From: Squalus acanthias
Lineage: Eukaryota
Assembly: GCA_030390025.1 (NCBI GenBank)
Contig: CM059452.1
Coordinates: 7,874,001 to 7,938,000, forward strand
Direction of reading: 5' to 3'
DNA: 64,000 nucleotides
Shown: piece after piece, positions 38,580-51,712 of the stretch
Position numbering within the stretch: the first letter of the stretch is position 1
How the letters are laid out: each line of letters begins with the position of its first letter
Position numbers and translations under genes: made by a program
The notes under the pieces: generated by a model
Database searches by the model: none
What the model was told of the DNA's origin: nothing
The model's input: only the letters and a program-made list of their open reading frames with translations

Positions 38580-39460
38580 AGAATCACAGAATCTCAGAGC
38601 ACAGAAGGGGCCATTCGGCCCGTCTTGCCTGTGCTGGGTCTGAAAGAGCTGTCCAATCAAATCCCAGCTTTTTCCTCGTAACCCTCCACTGAGTCCGCTT
38701 CATGTCCAGTTGCCTCGTGCATTCCAGAAATTAACAACCCTCTGTTTGAAAAAACAAATGTCCCCATTTCCCCTCTAGTTCTTTTGCAAATTATTTTAAA
38801 TCTGTGAAAATTGGTTACGGACCTACTCGCCAGAGGAAACCATTTCTCCCGATTTGCTCTGACAAAATCTCTCACAATTTTGAACACCTCTATTATGTCT
38901 CCCCTTAACTTTCACTGCTCTAAGGGACAATCTCAGTTTTTCCAATCTCTACACAGAACTGAAGTCTCTGATCTCCGTTATCATCCTGGTCAACCTCTTC
39001 TGTACCCACTGCAAGGCCTTTTCATCCTTCCTAAATTGTGGTGCCCAGAATTGTAAACACTACTCCAGCTGATGCCTAACCTGTGATTTGTAAAGGTTTA
39101 GCATGACTTCCTTGCTTTTTGTATTCAATGCCCCTTTTACAAATCCAAGTATCCCACACACTTCCATAACCGCCTGATCAACTTGCCCTGCCACCTTCAA
39201 AGGTTTGTCAATATGTGCCCCCAAGTCCCTCTGCTCTTACACACCCCTCAAAATAGTGACAGTTAGATTATACTGTCTCTCCTTGTTGTCCCTCCCAAAG
39301 TGCATCACCTCACACTTATCTGCATTAAACTGCATCAGCCACATGTCTGCCCATTTCACCAGTCTGTCTATGTCCTCCTGAAGTCCGCTGCTATCCTGCT
39401 CACTAGTAACTACCTTGCCAAGTTTTGCATCATTCGCGAACTTGGAAACTGTACTCCCTA
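38580..39460 (-). mobile_element. CR1 LINE fragment (related + strand fragment at about 37590-37855)
   Basis: LQEDIDRLVKWADMWLMQFNADKCEVMHFG motif. Confidence 0.8.
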
Positions 39461-39894
39461 TAAACAAGTCCGCCGCGACCGGTGGGCGCCGCGGGGGCTG
39501 GAGTGCATCGTCACCCCAGACTACCAAATTTTAATTTGATTTGTTAAGTTTCCTTTAAAGTTTTATTTAGTTACAGATAATTGATTGGTTTACATCAAAA
39601 TAGTAAGAAGAGTAAAACAAGGTTACACTGCAGTAGGAGTAAATTGGCACAGCAGGCAGTGGAAACCAGTTTTCTAATCAATCAGCAGGGGTGACTCATT
39701 TGGCTGTAAACAAACAAACAGTATAAACAAGTCCAGGTAATTTATATATAAAACCGGAAAAGCAATGGTCCAGTACCGACCCAAGGAATCCCACTGCATA
39801 CTTATCTCCATTCTGAAATACATCCGTTCACCACAACTCTCTGCCTCCTCTCCCTCAGCCAATCACATACCCAAGCTACCTCCGTCCCTTCACA

Positions 39895-40174
39895 GAATCA
39901 CCGAATCCCCACAGTGCAGATAGAGGCCATTTCGGCCCATCGAGCCTGCACCGACACATATCCCTAACACTAAGGGTCAATTCATCATAGCCAAATCAAC
40001 CTAACCTGCACATCTTTGGACTGTGGGAGTAAACCGGAGCACCCGGAGTGAAACCCACGCAGACACGGGGAGAATGTGCAAACTCCACACAGACAGTCAC
40101 CCGAGGCCGGATTCGAACCCGGGTCCTTGGCGGTGTGAAGCAACAGTGCTAACCACTATGCCACCGTGTTGCCC
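39895..40174 (-). mobile_element. V-SINE (HE1-like) tRNA-derived SINE
   Basis: Reverse strand reads gggcaacacggtggcatagtggttagcact..gggttcgaatcc..ggagtttgcacattctccccgtgtctgcgtgggtttc (V-domain). Confidence 0.85.
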
Positions 40175-41800
40175 TTAACCCCATATGCTTCTACTTTCCG
40201 AATAAGTATTTTATGAGATACTTTATAAAATGCCATTTGAAAGTCGATGTGTACAACGTCTATTGCAACACCATCATCAACCCTCTCTGTTACTTCACAG
40301 TGTGGACCGAGCTTTCAGTATCTGACCAATAAGCCACAGGTGATTGAGTTATCAGCACAAACCAAAAGCCAGAGATTCCCACATCAGCAGTCAGCACATG
40401 AGTTACTATTTGTCCTTCCTTGCAGACTACCGCTGATATCCAGTCGATTTATAATGTTTAAGGATTGCCAATATTAGATATTTAGTGAAGAAACCTGTCC
40501 CGATGTTTAGATTATTTTCGGTACAAACAGCAACAAGAAGTGACTGTAACGACCCAGGAAGCAGTGCCTGTTCTCACTGGTGGGAGGGTGGAAAGTAATT
40601 TGGAAAATGCAATGGAGAATTTAAAGAACATCGTTCCATATAACCGGCTTTGAGAATCGTATTTAATTCGGATTATTTAATTGAGTGAGTGGGAGGAGGG
40701 AACTCAGGAGACATCCATTCAGTAGAATGGGATAGAGCACAAGTCACACTGCATCGCTCTTTCTCCAATTCTGAGAAGGAAAGAGAGAGACTCGAATCAA
40801 TCCCGATTCATCTAAAGCTTGAATCTTAGAAACCCGGCTGTGCAAAAGTTCCCTATTCAAATCTGTGCGCTATATTATTCCGTTCACATTTTAAAGGAGA
40901 CTTCAGCTATTTATTGTAAACGTCCTTTATTGTCGTGGGAACAAAAAAGATTTAGAGGAGGTCTGATAGAGGGGTTTGGAATTATGAAGGGATTCGGGAA
41001 ACATATTTCCTCGGGTCGGTGAGTTGGTGAGTAAATGGCACTAATTAAAATCAGCAGCAGCAGAATAATGGGATAGGCTATTGTTCTACTTTACTACACA
41101 GGGGGTTGTTAGGACATGGGATGTCCTATCAGAAAGACGGCTGCATACAGAATCCGTAATAGCTCGATAAAATTGAACATTTGAGAAGAAGATTGGGAAT
41201 TCGAAGGAGCACGAGATTGGTGGAGAGATCTTTTCGAGGCGTGATTGGCCGAATAGATTACTTCTGGGCTGTAAAGATGTATGACTTTATAATTCTGGGT
41301 CATGCTCTATAAAGACGCTGTAAACACATTTTAAAGGTAATACAACTAGTAGATCTAGCTGTAGGAGTTGTGTGACTCTTCTGATAATTCAATTGCTAAC
41401 TTCACTAACAAAACACTCTGGGGCCCGAAATGATGCATTGAAGGGGAAGGTGGATGAGTCAATGAGGGAAAAAGGAATAGAAGGATATGTTATTAGGGTT
41501 AGATGAAGTAAGGTGGGAGGAGTCTCGTGTGGAACATAAACGCCGGCATTGACCAGTTGGGCCGAATGGTCTGTTTCTGTGATGTAAATTCTATATAATT
41601 TTCCAGTCCAACTCTTTAAGCTCCCAGAGAGAAGGATTGAATGCCCCTCTGCTCCGGGCTGGAAAACCGGACAGGACACAGAGGGGAAAAGGGAATCCTT
41701 TAAAATTCAGTGCAAAGCACATTTCTCTCACATCGAACCGCCGGTTTCATTTTCTCTGGAATTCTCCAGTTTATTGACCTTTATTGTAATTGTTCTGCAG

Positions 41801-42191
41801 CAAAGATCCGCGGGAACCGTCCGTGTCTGTCCTCCTGCCCCCGGCAGAAGAAGTCTCCGCTCAGAGGTTCTTCACCCTCACCTGCTTAGTGAGAGGTTTC
41901 TCCCCCCGAGAGATCTTCGTCAAGTGGACCGTCAATGACAAGCCGGTGAATTCCGGCAACTACAAGAACACCGAGGTGATGGCGGAGAACGGCAGCAGTT
42001 CCTTCTTCATGTACAGCCTGTTATCCATTGCAGCGGAGGAGTGGGCCAGCGGCGCTTCTTACTCCTGTGTGGTGGGACATGAAGCGATCCCCTTGAAGAT
42101 CATCAACAGAACGGTTAATAAATCCAGCAGTAAACCCAGTTTTGTCAACATTTCCCTTGTTCTGATGGACACCGTCAATTCTTGTCAATGA
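41801..42191 (+). pseudogene. IGHM: IgM heavy-chain last constant domain (Cmu4) plus secretory tail; acceptor out of standard phase
   Basis: [85 protein letters not shown]. Tail has an NxS site and penultimate Cys; internal phase-1 donor at 42130. Confidence 0.9.
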
Positions 42192-42219
42192 GAATCTCTC
42201 GATTGCATTTCAGGACTTG

Positions 42220-42235
42220 AATAAAAACCAATAAA
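42220..42235 (+). terminator. Secretory-form polyadenylation signals (two aataaa)
   Basis: aataaa at 42220 and 42230, just after the secretory stop codon. Confidence 0.75.
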
Positions 42236-42619
42236 GGCCTTTTCTTCCAATCGTCAGTTACACACACAGCCGCTCAATTAATTTTGTTTCCCATTTTTGC
42301 CAAGGGGAGGGCTGTTTATCTGAAGCAGGATATTTGCCGGTCTCGGGCCGAAGGCTTGTACAGTCACCGCTCCCAGCTCATAAAAACCACGGGTTAGAGA
42401 CAGACTGAAGCTCAAATGACAGGATTTCTCAAAGTCACTTCAGCAACTTTCCTCCCGCTTGGGGAATCAAAAAGTTCCGATTTCAGACAAACAAACGCAG
42501 CACATTTAGATCTCGGTGTCCCTGTTTCTCGTGTTGTCCATCCCTTCAGAATTGGGGTCAGTTTTATTTTGCAGCATCTCACCCTCTGGGATCTGAAATA
42601 AGGCCACTGAAGAAACCGA

Positions 42620-45280
42620 ACTGTACCCCCACTCCCCCACCAGAGAGAGAGGAAAGGGCAATTGATAAACCACTGTACCTCCCACTCCCCCACCAGAGAG
42701 AGGGGAAAGGGCAATTGTTAAACCACTGTACCTCCCACTCCCCCACCAGAGAGAGGAGAAAGGGCAATTGTTAACCCGCTGTACCTCACACACCCCACTA
42801 GAGAGAGGGGAAAGGGCAATTGTTAACCCACTGTACCCCCCACTCCCTCACCAGAGAGAGGGGAAAGGGCCATTGTTAACCCACTGTACCTCCCACTCCC
42901 TCACCAGAGAGAGGGAAAGGGCAATTGTTAACCCACTGTACCTCCCACTCCCCCACCAGACAGAGGGGAAAGGGCCATTGTTAACCCACTGTACCTCCCA
43001 CTCCCCCACCAGAGAGAGGGGAAAGGGCAATTGTCAACCCACTGTACCTCCACTCCCCCACCAGAGAGAGGGGAAAGGGCAATTGTTAACCCACTGTACC
43101 TCCCACTCCCCCACCAGACAGAGGGGAAAGGGCCATTGTTAACCCACTGTACCTCCCACTCCCCCACCAGAGAGAGGGGAAAGGGCAATTGTCAACCCAC
43201 TGTACCTCCCACTCCCCCACCAGAGAGAGGGAAAGGGCAATTGATAACCCACAGTACCCCCACTCCCCCACCAGAGAGAGGGGAAAGGGCAATTGTTAAC
43301 CCACTGTACCCCCCACTCCCCCACCAGAGAGAGGGGAAAGGGTAATTGATAACCCACAGTACCCCCACTCCCCCACCAGAGAGAGGGGAAAGGGCAATTG
43401 TTAACCCACTGTACACCCCACTCCCCCACCAGAGAGAGGGGAAAGGGCAATTGTTAACCCACTGTACCCCCACTCCCCCACCAGAGAGAGGGGAAAGGGA
43501 AATTGTTAACCCACTGTACCCCCACTCCCCCACCAGAGAGAGGGGAAAGGGCAATTGTTAACCCACTGTACCCCCACTCCCGCACCAGAGAGAGGGGAAA
43601 GGGCAATTGTTAACCCACTGTACCCCCACTCCCCCACCAGAGAGAGCGGAAAGGGAAATTGTTAACCCACTGTACCCCCACTCCCCCACCAGAGAGAGGG
43701 GAAAGGGCAATTGTTCACCCACTGTACCCCCACTCCCCCACCAGAGAGAGGAAAGGGCAATTGTTCACCCAATGTACCTCCCACTCCACCACCAGAGAGA
43801 GGGGAAAGGGCAATTGTTAACCCACTGTAACCCCCACCCCCTCACCAGAGAGAGGGGAAAGGGCAATTGTTAACCCACTGTACCCCCCACTCCCCCACCA
43901 GAGAGAGGGGAAAGGGCAATTGTGAACCCACTGTACCTCCCACTCCTCCACCATAGAGAGGGGAAAGGGTAATTGTTAACCCCCTGTACCCCCACTCCCC
44001 CACCAGAGAGAGGGGGAAGGGCAATTGTTAACACACTGTACCCCCACTCCCCCACCAGAGAGAGGGGAAAGGGCAATTGTTAACCCACTGTACCCCCCAC
44101 TCCCCCACCAGAGAGATGGGAAAGGACAATTGTTAACCCACTGTACCTCCCACTCCCCCACCAGAGAGAGGGGAAAGGGCAAATGTTAACACACTGTACC
44201 TCCCACTCCCCCTCCAGAGAGAGGGGAAAGGGTAATTGTTAACCCACTGTACCCCCACTCCCCCAACAGAGAGAGGGGAAAGGGCAATTGTTAACCCACT
44301 GTACCTCCCACTCCCCCACCAGAGAGAGGGGAAAGGGCAATTGTTAACCCACTGTACCTCCCACTCCCCCACCAGAGAGAGGGGAAAGGGCAATTGTTAA
44401 CACACTGTACCCCCCACTCCCGCACCAGAGAGAGGGGAAAGGGCAATTGTTAACACACTGTACCTCCCACTCCCCCACCAGAGAGAGGGGAAAGGGCAAT
44501 TGTTAACCAACTGTACCCCCACTCCCCCACCAGAGAGAGGGGAAAGGGCAATTGTTAACCCACTGTACCCACACTCCCCCACCAGAGAGAGGGGAAAGGG
44601 CAATTGTTAACCCGCTGTACCTCCCACTCCTCCACCAGAGAGAGAGGAAATGGCAATTGTTAAACAACTGTACCTCCAACTCCCCCTCCAGAGAGAGGGG
44701 AAAGGGCAATTGTTAAGACACTGTACCCCCACTCCCCCACCAGAGAGAGGGGAAAGGGCAATTGTTAACCAACTGTACCCCCACTCCCCCACCAGAGAGA
44801 GGGGAAAGGGCAATTGTTAACCCACTGTACCCACACTTCCCCACCAGAGAGAGGGGAAAGGGCAATTGTTAACCCGCTGTACCTCCCACTCCTCCACCAG
44901 AGAGAGAGGAAACGGCAATTGTTAAACAACTGTACCTCCAACTCCCCCTCCAGAGAGAGGGGAAAGGGCAATTGTTAACCCACTTTACCCCCACTTCCCC
45001 ACCAGAGAGAGGGGAAAGGGCAATTGTTAACCTACTGTACCTCCCACTCCCCCACCAGAGAGAAGTGAAAGGGCAATTGTTAACCCACTGTACTCCCACT
45101 CGCCCACCAGAGAGAGGGGAAAGGGCAATTGTTAACCCACTGTACCCCCACTTCCCCACCAGAGAGAGGGGAAAGGGCAATTGTTAACCCACTGTACCTC
45201 CCACTCCCCCAGCAGAGAGAGGGGAAAGGGCAATTGTTAACCCACTGTACCCCCACTCCCCCACCGGAGAGAGGGGAGGT
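42620..45280 (+). repeat. 53-bp minisatellite, about 50 copies
   Basis: Unit gggcaattgttaacccactgtacctcccactcccccaccagagagaggggaaa (52-53 bp variants). Confidence 0.97.
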
Positions 45281-45599
45281 GAACCAATCTCTATTACATG
45301 AACTCAGCTGCCATCAGTAAAAAGTCAGCTTTAACTCACAGTCTAAAAACGTTAAAGTTGCCGGATGAGAATCACATTGTAAAATAAATATTTATTCAAC
45401 AATTTATCTTTAACTAGTGTTTGGAGTAAATCTGTCTCTGTTATTCATAAACTAACAGATTGAATTTTAATAGTCCAAATTTGAACTGGTGATTGAATCC
45501 TCTGCGGGTTTCTCACGGTTGTGTCCCTGATGGTTTGAGGCCCATCAGCTGACGTCACATTGCGTCTCACACAGAACACATTTACACAGAGCGGGGAAG

Positions 45600-46420
45600 A
45601 ATGCGTGTAAAGTGAGTGTGTCTGTGTTTATGTGTCAGTGCGTTTGCGATTTTGTGTAAGTGTGTGTGTTTATGTGTAAGTGCACACTTACACATAAACA
45701 CACAAAGGCTTACATATAAACACACACATTAACACATTGACACAGAATATTACACATACCCAGAATATAATACACACCGTCATTGTCAGACCCAGTTATT
45801 GGTACTCGCTGAAACTTTGAACAGCACCGGAAATACACACACGCACACCCTTGAACAAAGCACACACAAACACATGCATTAACACACACACTTACACTTA
45901 CACACCCATAAACTCACACATCAACATAAACACACACATACAAACACACACACTTACACAGAAACACTCACACGCCTACACCTAAACATACACAAAAACT
46001 TACACATAACATAAACACACATATGGACGCACATACACAAAAACAAACACACACTTAAACATAAACACACTTACAAATAAACTGACACACAAACACACAC
46101 ACACAATTACAAATAAACACACACACTTATACAAAGACTTACACATAAACATACACAAACTGACAAAAATACACGCACACTTACACATAATCACACACTT
46201 ACACATAAATACACAAATATAGAATTACACAAACACGCAAACTTATACAGCAACACACACATTAACACACAAACACACACACAATTACACTTGAACACAC
46301 ACACACTTACACATCAACACACACACAATTACACTTGAACACACACATTAACTCACAAACACAGACTAAAACAAAACAAGAGATTGTCATACACACATAC
46401 GCAAACACGAATGCGCGAAA
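45600..46420. repeat. Degenerate (CA)n-rich low-complexity tract
   Basis: acacac/ttacac-rich sequence. Confidence 0.85.
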
Positions 46421-47052
46421 AAACCTCAGGCTATAGACGAATGTAGAATTAAAACGCACTTTTTGAACGAACACCGTTTCCAACGATTGTCCTGAATGAA
46501 TAATTATTGATTCCATAACATCTCACCTTTCTCTATTCTGGTCCTACACATACACTGAATCAATGTTCTTGTTGGAAACTGATACAAGTTAATTATGTTC
46601 AGAGCATTACCATAACAAATAAATAAACAAGATTATAACTCACATCTGATCTCTTACCCAGCCCCCTTGACAGTCTTCAAATCAGTAGCTATCTAAACCT
46701 ATCGTTAAAATAATCGATATCAATCAGTAAACCTCCCTCGATATTTCATCATATTATCCCCGAATCATCGATTGTACGAAATTGATGCAAAATCAATCAG
46801 AGTGTGACATTGAAGAAAAAACTGTCATTTTTTCCAACACGGACTATAGGAGGATCATAAAGGAAGAGCGACTGTGGAGTTAGGAACAGAGATAGATTGC
46901 TGAGAGTGATTAACTTAACACAAGATATACTTTGAAAATTAAATTAGAGAACAAACTAATACCGTAAGGAAAAGAAGGGAATATATAATAATAATATGAT
47001 ATCTTGGATTAATAAACGATCTGAATATATTTCCGCCTCTACATCCCCGTAG

Positions 47053-47180
47053 ATTCCTCAGACCACATCTTGATTGAAGACTATGAGGAAGCGAGCGGCA
47101 ACATCTGGACAACCGCTTCCACATTCATCATCCTGTTCTTCCTGAGCATGGCCTACAGCGCTGCCATCACTCTAGTGAAG
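47053..47180 (+). CDS. IGHM: IgM transmembrane exon TM1
   Basis: ag/xSSDHILIEDYEEASGNIWTTASTFIILFFLSMAYSAAITLVK/gtgaga. Ig CART motif; in phase with the Cmu4 internal donor. Confidence 0.92.
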
Positions 47181-47320
47181 GTGAGAAGATTCAATCCTCT
47201 CACACTTCGATCTGACTGAAGCGGTTTGACAAATCTCTAAAAGTTTGATTGATAAAAACCCTGAGATAAATGCCCCAAACCACTAAATCTCTGCTTCATT
47301 CTTTTATCCCTCTTTTACAG

Positions 47321-47329
47321 ATCAAGTGA
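47321..47329 (+). CDS. IGHM: IgM transmembrane exon TM2 (IK*), giving a KIK cytoplasmic tail
   Basis: tcttttacag/atcaagtga; aataaa near 47392 and at 47773. Confidence 0.85.
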   Translation: MK

Positions 47330-48789
47330 ACGGTTGAATTTCGGACGCCGTGGATTTTCCTCATCTGTTTATTAACATCTCTGTGTCCTGAAAATAAAAT
47401 ATACCCTCTTGGTGATTCTCAGAGTCAAATGTCTTCAGCTAATAGATCCGAATCTGTAGCTGAGAAAGTCATAACCGGGATTTCCGTCTCTCTGTTTGAA
47501 ATGTGTGAGATAATCGTGGCTATAATGTAAATGTATCTTAGAGTTTCACCGTTATTTGAATATTTCATGTGTAAATAAGTCACTTTTCTGGTTCCCAATT
47601 CACAATTGTTCCCTTCCCTTTATGTTGAGCCCCTGGTGTCTGTTACAGTTGTACAGATAACTGGCAGCTCAGACCGCCTGTGTTCTGGTCTCAATGTGAC
47701 GCTCTGCTGTTATATTCACTTTGTGTTAACTTTTTAAAAACTTCGCTGTAAATTGTTCTCTGTGAAATTATTAATAAATCTGGAATTACAAATGAACTAA
47801 CTTGGACTTTGCTGAATTCCTTTCTCCAAGGCTCCTCCACACCGCTCCATTTTCCCTGTCACACTTTGTTTTATTTCCCTGACAGGTATTTTTCACCCGT
47901 CCTGTCTGGGTTGTGTTTGAACCCAAGTCCCTTCGGTTAACGAGCCATTGCGCCACCCAGTGTTTCATCAGAGTAACGACACCTTTACTACTGCCTTTTC
48001 ATGTCAAGACCCAGAGGCGGAATGACTGCACAGCGACCAGGCGCACCTTGAAGTCCATTCTCACATTATGGTCTGTCACATTCACATGCCAGGTTCTATT
48101 AATGAGCAGGGTTCTGCTCCATCACAGCCTGATACAGTACAGTACATGGCAGAGTAAAGCTCCCTCTACACTGTCCCTACATTACAACAGTGACTACAAT
48201 TCAGAAAGTCCTTCATTGGTTGTGAAGCGCGTTGGGACGTCCGGTGGTCGTGAAAGGCGGTATATAAATGCAAGACTTTCTTTCTTCTTTATTTCCCATC
48301 AAACATGCCCAGGGCAGGTAGAGCACGTGTTAGATATCTGACACAGGCACATCGGGGAGCACAAACCCTGGGATTAATTCCCGAAGACTGGGCCTATCTG
48401 ACGCACAGACTCTATCGCCATCTGTTCTCTTTAAACACACTCAGACACCCAAGGCAGAGAGGAAAGAAGGAGAGGTTGTATTTGAGGGACAGGCGATGAG
48501 GGATCCCGCGGTGTCCACAGGCAGTGGGCTCTGCTGGATACAGCTTGTGTGATAGACCAACAAAATCAAATTCTGATGGAATATCATTCCAGTTTGGTTC
48601 AGGCCAAGTATGCGAGTGGAACCATTCACGATAGAATGTATTTTTGTTTTGGATTCGCCCCTTTAAAGGAGACCCGAAGCCAAATGGTCCACACAGACCA
48701 AGGAGAAAATTGGGCGTGACTGGGGTAACCACTTCCAACCCTTTTCCAATCTGAGCAACACCCATTTACCCTGACCCTCTGTCTCCTGT

Positions 48790-49440
48790 TTCATAAGCAC
48801 ATAAAAACATAAGAAATAGGAGCAGGAGTGGGCCCTTTGGCCCTTCGGGCCTGCTCCGCCATTCAATAAGATCATGGCTGATCTTCGACCTCATCTCCAC
48901 TTTCCTGCACTATCCCCATATCCCTTGATGCCCTTAATATTCAAAAATCTATCAATCTCGGTCTTGAATATACTCAATGACTGAGCCTCCACAGCCCCCT
49001 GGGGTAGAGAATTCCAAAGATTCACAACCCTCTGAGTGAAGACATTTCTCCTCATCTCAGTCCTAAATGGCTGACCCCTTATTCTGAGACAGTGACTCCT
49101 GGTTCTAGATTTCCCAGTCAGGGGAAACATCCTCCCTGCATCTACCCTGTCAAGCCCTGTAAGAATGTTGTATGTTTCAAAGAGATCACCTCTCATTCTT
49201 CTAATCTCTAGAGAATATAGGCCTAGTCTACTCAATCTGTCCTCATAGGACAATCCCCCCATCCCAGGAATCAGTCTGGTGAACCTTCGTTGCACTCCCT
49301 CTATGGCAAGTATATCCTTCCTTGGGTAAGGAGACCAAAACTGTACACAATACTCCAGGTGTGGTCTCATATATAATTGCAGTAAGACATCTTTACTCTT
49401 ATACTCAAATCCTCTTGTAATAAAGGCCAACATACCATTT
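48790..49440 (-). mobile_element. CR1 LINE 3' fragment inserted into the unclassified element
   Basis: ORF 48891-49502 is a CR1 RT C-terminus; its flanks rejoin to match the 28.8 kb sequence. Confidence 0.9.
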
Positions 49441-50047
49441 TCCCTGACGACATTTCTCCCTGCTCTCCTCCATTCCCTCTTGTACGATCTACCTGAACTC
49501 ACTAAACATCACCCCAGAGATCATTTCTCGCTGCTCTCCTCCATTCCCTCTGATACCAACTCCCTGAACTCACTGAACATCACTCCAGGGATCCACCAGT
49601 GACATTCAGACCTTCGCTCCCGGTTTCAGTGAAGTTTCGCTCCTCCTCCTTCACCGTCTTATCGGATTCTTTCGGAGTCTCCCAGACACGTGAACATCTC
49701 CACCTATTTCTGGTCAACCCCGAGTATCTTCTAGAATGTTCCTTCTACTGGGGCGCTGCTTTTCCACGAAACTCCCCAAGTTTAGGCGTGAGGTCTCTTG
49801 TGGTTGGATAGCACATCGTGTTAAGGGAGGGAAGAATTAGCGGCCCTTCTGTAGGGCTCGGAAGTAAGTTTGGGAATGGATGGAGTTGGTGTTTAAACTG
49901 TCCCTGCCGCAGTGAAATAAAAAGGAATTTCACCTTAATTTATATTGAGAAATATAATGGCGGATTGACCACCGCCCTTTGCCTGAACTGGTCGTTTTCG
50001 GAACCGATTTGCTGTCACCCAATCTACCCAGGCTTAGCTCAGAGAGG

Positions 50048-51712
50048 AGATATTGTAGGAGAGCGTGGCCTTTCCCTCACACTGTGGCCCACGGCACAGT
50101 AATAGATTCCGGTATTCACCAACTCTGCCTGGTCGATGCCGAGTGTGCTCAGACTTTGATCCCGGTCGGTGTGGATCTTAAACCGGCCTTGGTGGCGCTC
50201 TCCTTTGAATCCACAATGGATGTATCCCGGGGCTTTGCTCACCAGTCGACTGTACCAACAGATGATGCCGGTCGTGCTGAACCCGCACTGGATCCTGACG
50301 GGGTTTCCTTCCACTGCGAACTCTCGGGCAGGTTGAGAATTCTGGGATAAACTCGGAGCATATTTGGACGCAATTTAAGAATTACACAGAATTTACAGCA
50401 CAAGGATCCCTAGTAAAACTGAAGTCAATGGGAATCTGGGGGAAAACGCTCCACTGGCTGGAGTCATACCTAGCACAAAGGAAGATGGTTGTGGTGGTTG
50501 AAGGTCAATCATCACAGCCCCAGGACATCGCTGTAGGTGTTCCTCAGGGCAGTGTCCTCGGCCCAACCATCTTCAGCTGCTTCATCAATGACCTTCCCTC
50601 CAACATAAGGTCAGAAATTGGGATGTATTCTGATGACTGCACAGTGTTCAGCGCCATTCGCAACTCCTCAGATAATGAAGCAGTCCATGCCCGCATGCAA
50701 CAAGACCTGGACGACGTTTAGGCTTGGGCTGATAAGTGGCAGGTAACATTTGCGCCACAGAAGTGCCAGGCAATGACTATCTCCAACAAGCGAGAGTCTA
50801 ACCACCTCCCCTTGACATTCAACTGCATTACTATCATCGAATCCCCCACCATCAACATCCTAGGGGGTCACCATTGACCAGAAACTTAACTGGACCAGCC
50901 ACATAAATACTGTGGCAACAAAAGCAGGTTAGAGCCTAGGTATTCTGCGGTGAGTGTCTCACCTCCTGACTCCCCAAAGCCTTTCCAGCATCTACAAGGC
51001 ACAAGTTAGGAGTGTGATGGAATGCTCTCCACTTGCCTGGATAAGTGCAGCTCTAACAAAACTCAAGAAGCTCGACACCATCCAGGACAAAGCAGCCCGC
51101 TTGATTGTCACCCCATCCACCACCTTAAACATTCAGTCCTTCCACCACCGGCGTACCGTGGCTGCAGTGTGTACCATCTGCAAGATGCACTGCAGCAACT
51201 CGCCAAGTCTTCTTCGGCAGCACCTCCCAAGCCAGCGACCTCTTTCACCTAGAAGGACAAGGGCAGCAGGTGCATGGGAACACCACCACCTGCAAGTTCC
51301 CCTCCAAGTCATACACCATCCTGACTTAGAAGTATATCGCCGATCCTTCATCGTCGCTGTGACAAAATCCTGGAACTCCGTCCCTAACAGCATTGTGGGA
51401 GTACCTTCACCACACGGACTGTAGCGGTTGGTTCAAGAAGGCGGCTCACCACCACCTTCGCTCAAGGGCTATTAGGGAAGGGCAATAAATGCTGGACTTG
51501 CCAGCGACGCCCACATCCCATAAACGAATAAAAATAAAATATAAAAGAAACAGGCCATTCGTCCCAACTGGTCTATACCTGTCTTTATGCTCAACACGAG
51601 CCTCCTCCCAACCCCATTGACATTGAAACACAACAGTTTATTGAGCAGAATTATTAAAAACAGATGAATAATACTCACAGGATAAGAGTAGGAAGAGGTG
51701 AATATCCCCCAT
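50048..51712 (-). pseudogene. TCR V segment, probably a pseudogene (leader 51679-51712, V about 50087-50360, RSS 50048-50086)
   Basis: MGDIHLFLLLS/gtgagt; EFAVEGNPVRIQCGFSTTGIICWYSRL..LVNTGIYYCAVG. RSS cacagtg-23-acaatatct. No in-phase acceptor found; a LINE sits in the intron. Confidence 0.78.
50405..51535 (+). mobile_element. CR1/L2-group LINE 3' fragment (same family as 10390-12858)
   Basis: GVPQGSVLGPTIFSCFINDLPS..YSDD and the same 3' end. Confidence 0.9.

Noticed and set aside
22607-41801. In-frame VNAR-Cmu4 chimeric antibody
   Set aside because: As sequenced, the Cmu4 acceptor is phase 2, and the alternative AG at 41768-41769 reads into a stop. Kept only as a conditional idea.
42412-45320. 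Many repetitive ORFs (MPFPLSLVGEW..) and a CRISPR-like look
   Set aside because: These are translations of a 53-bp tandem repeat with no unique spacers, in vertebrate DNA.
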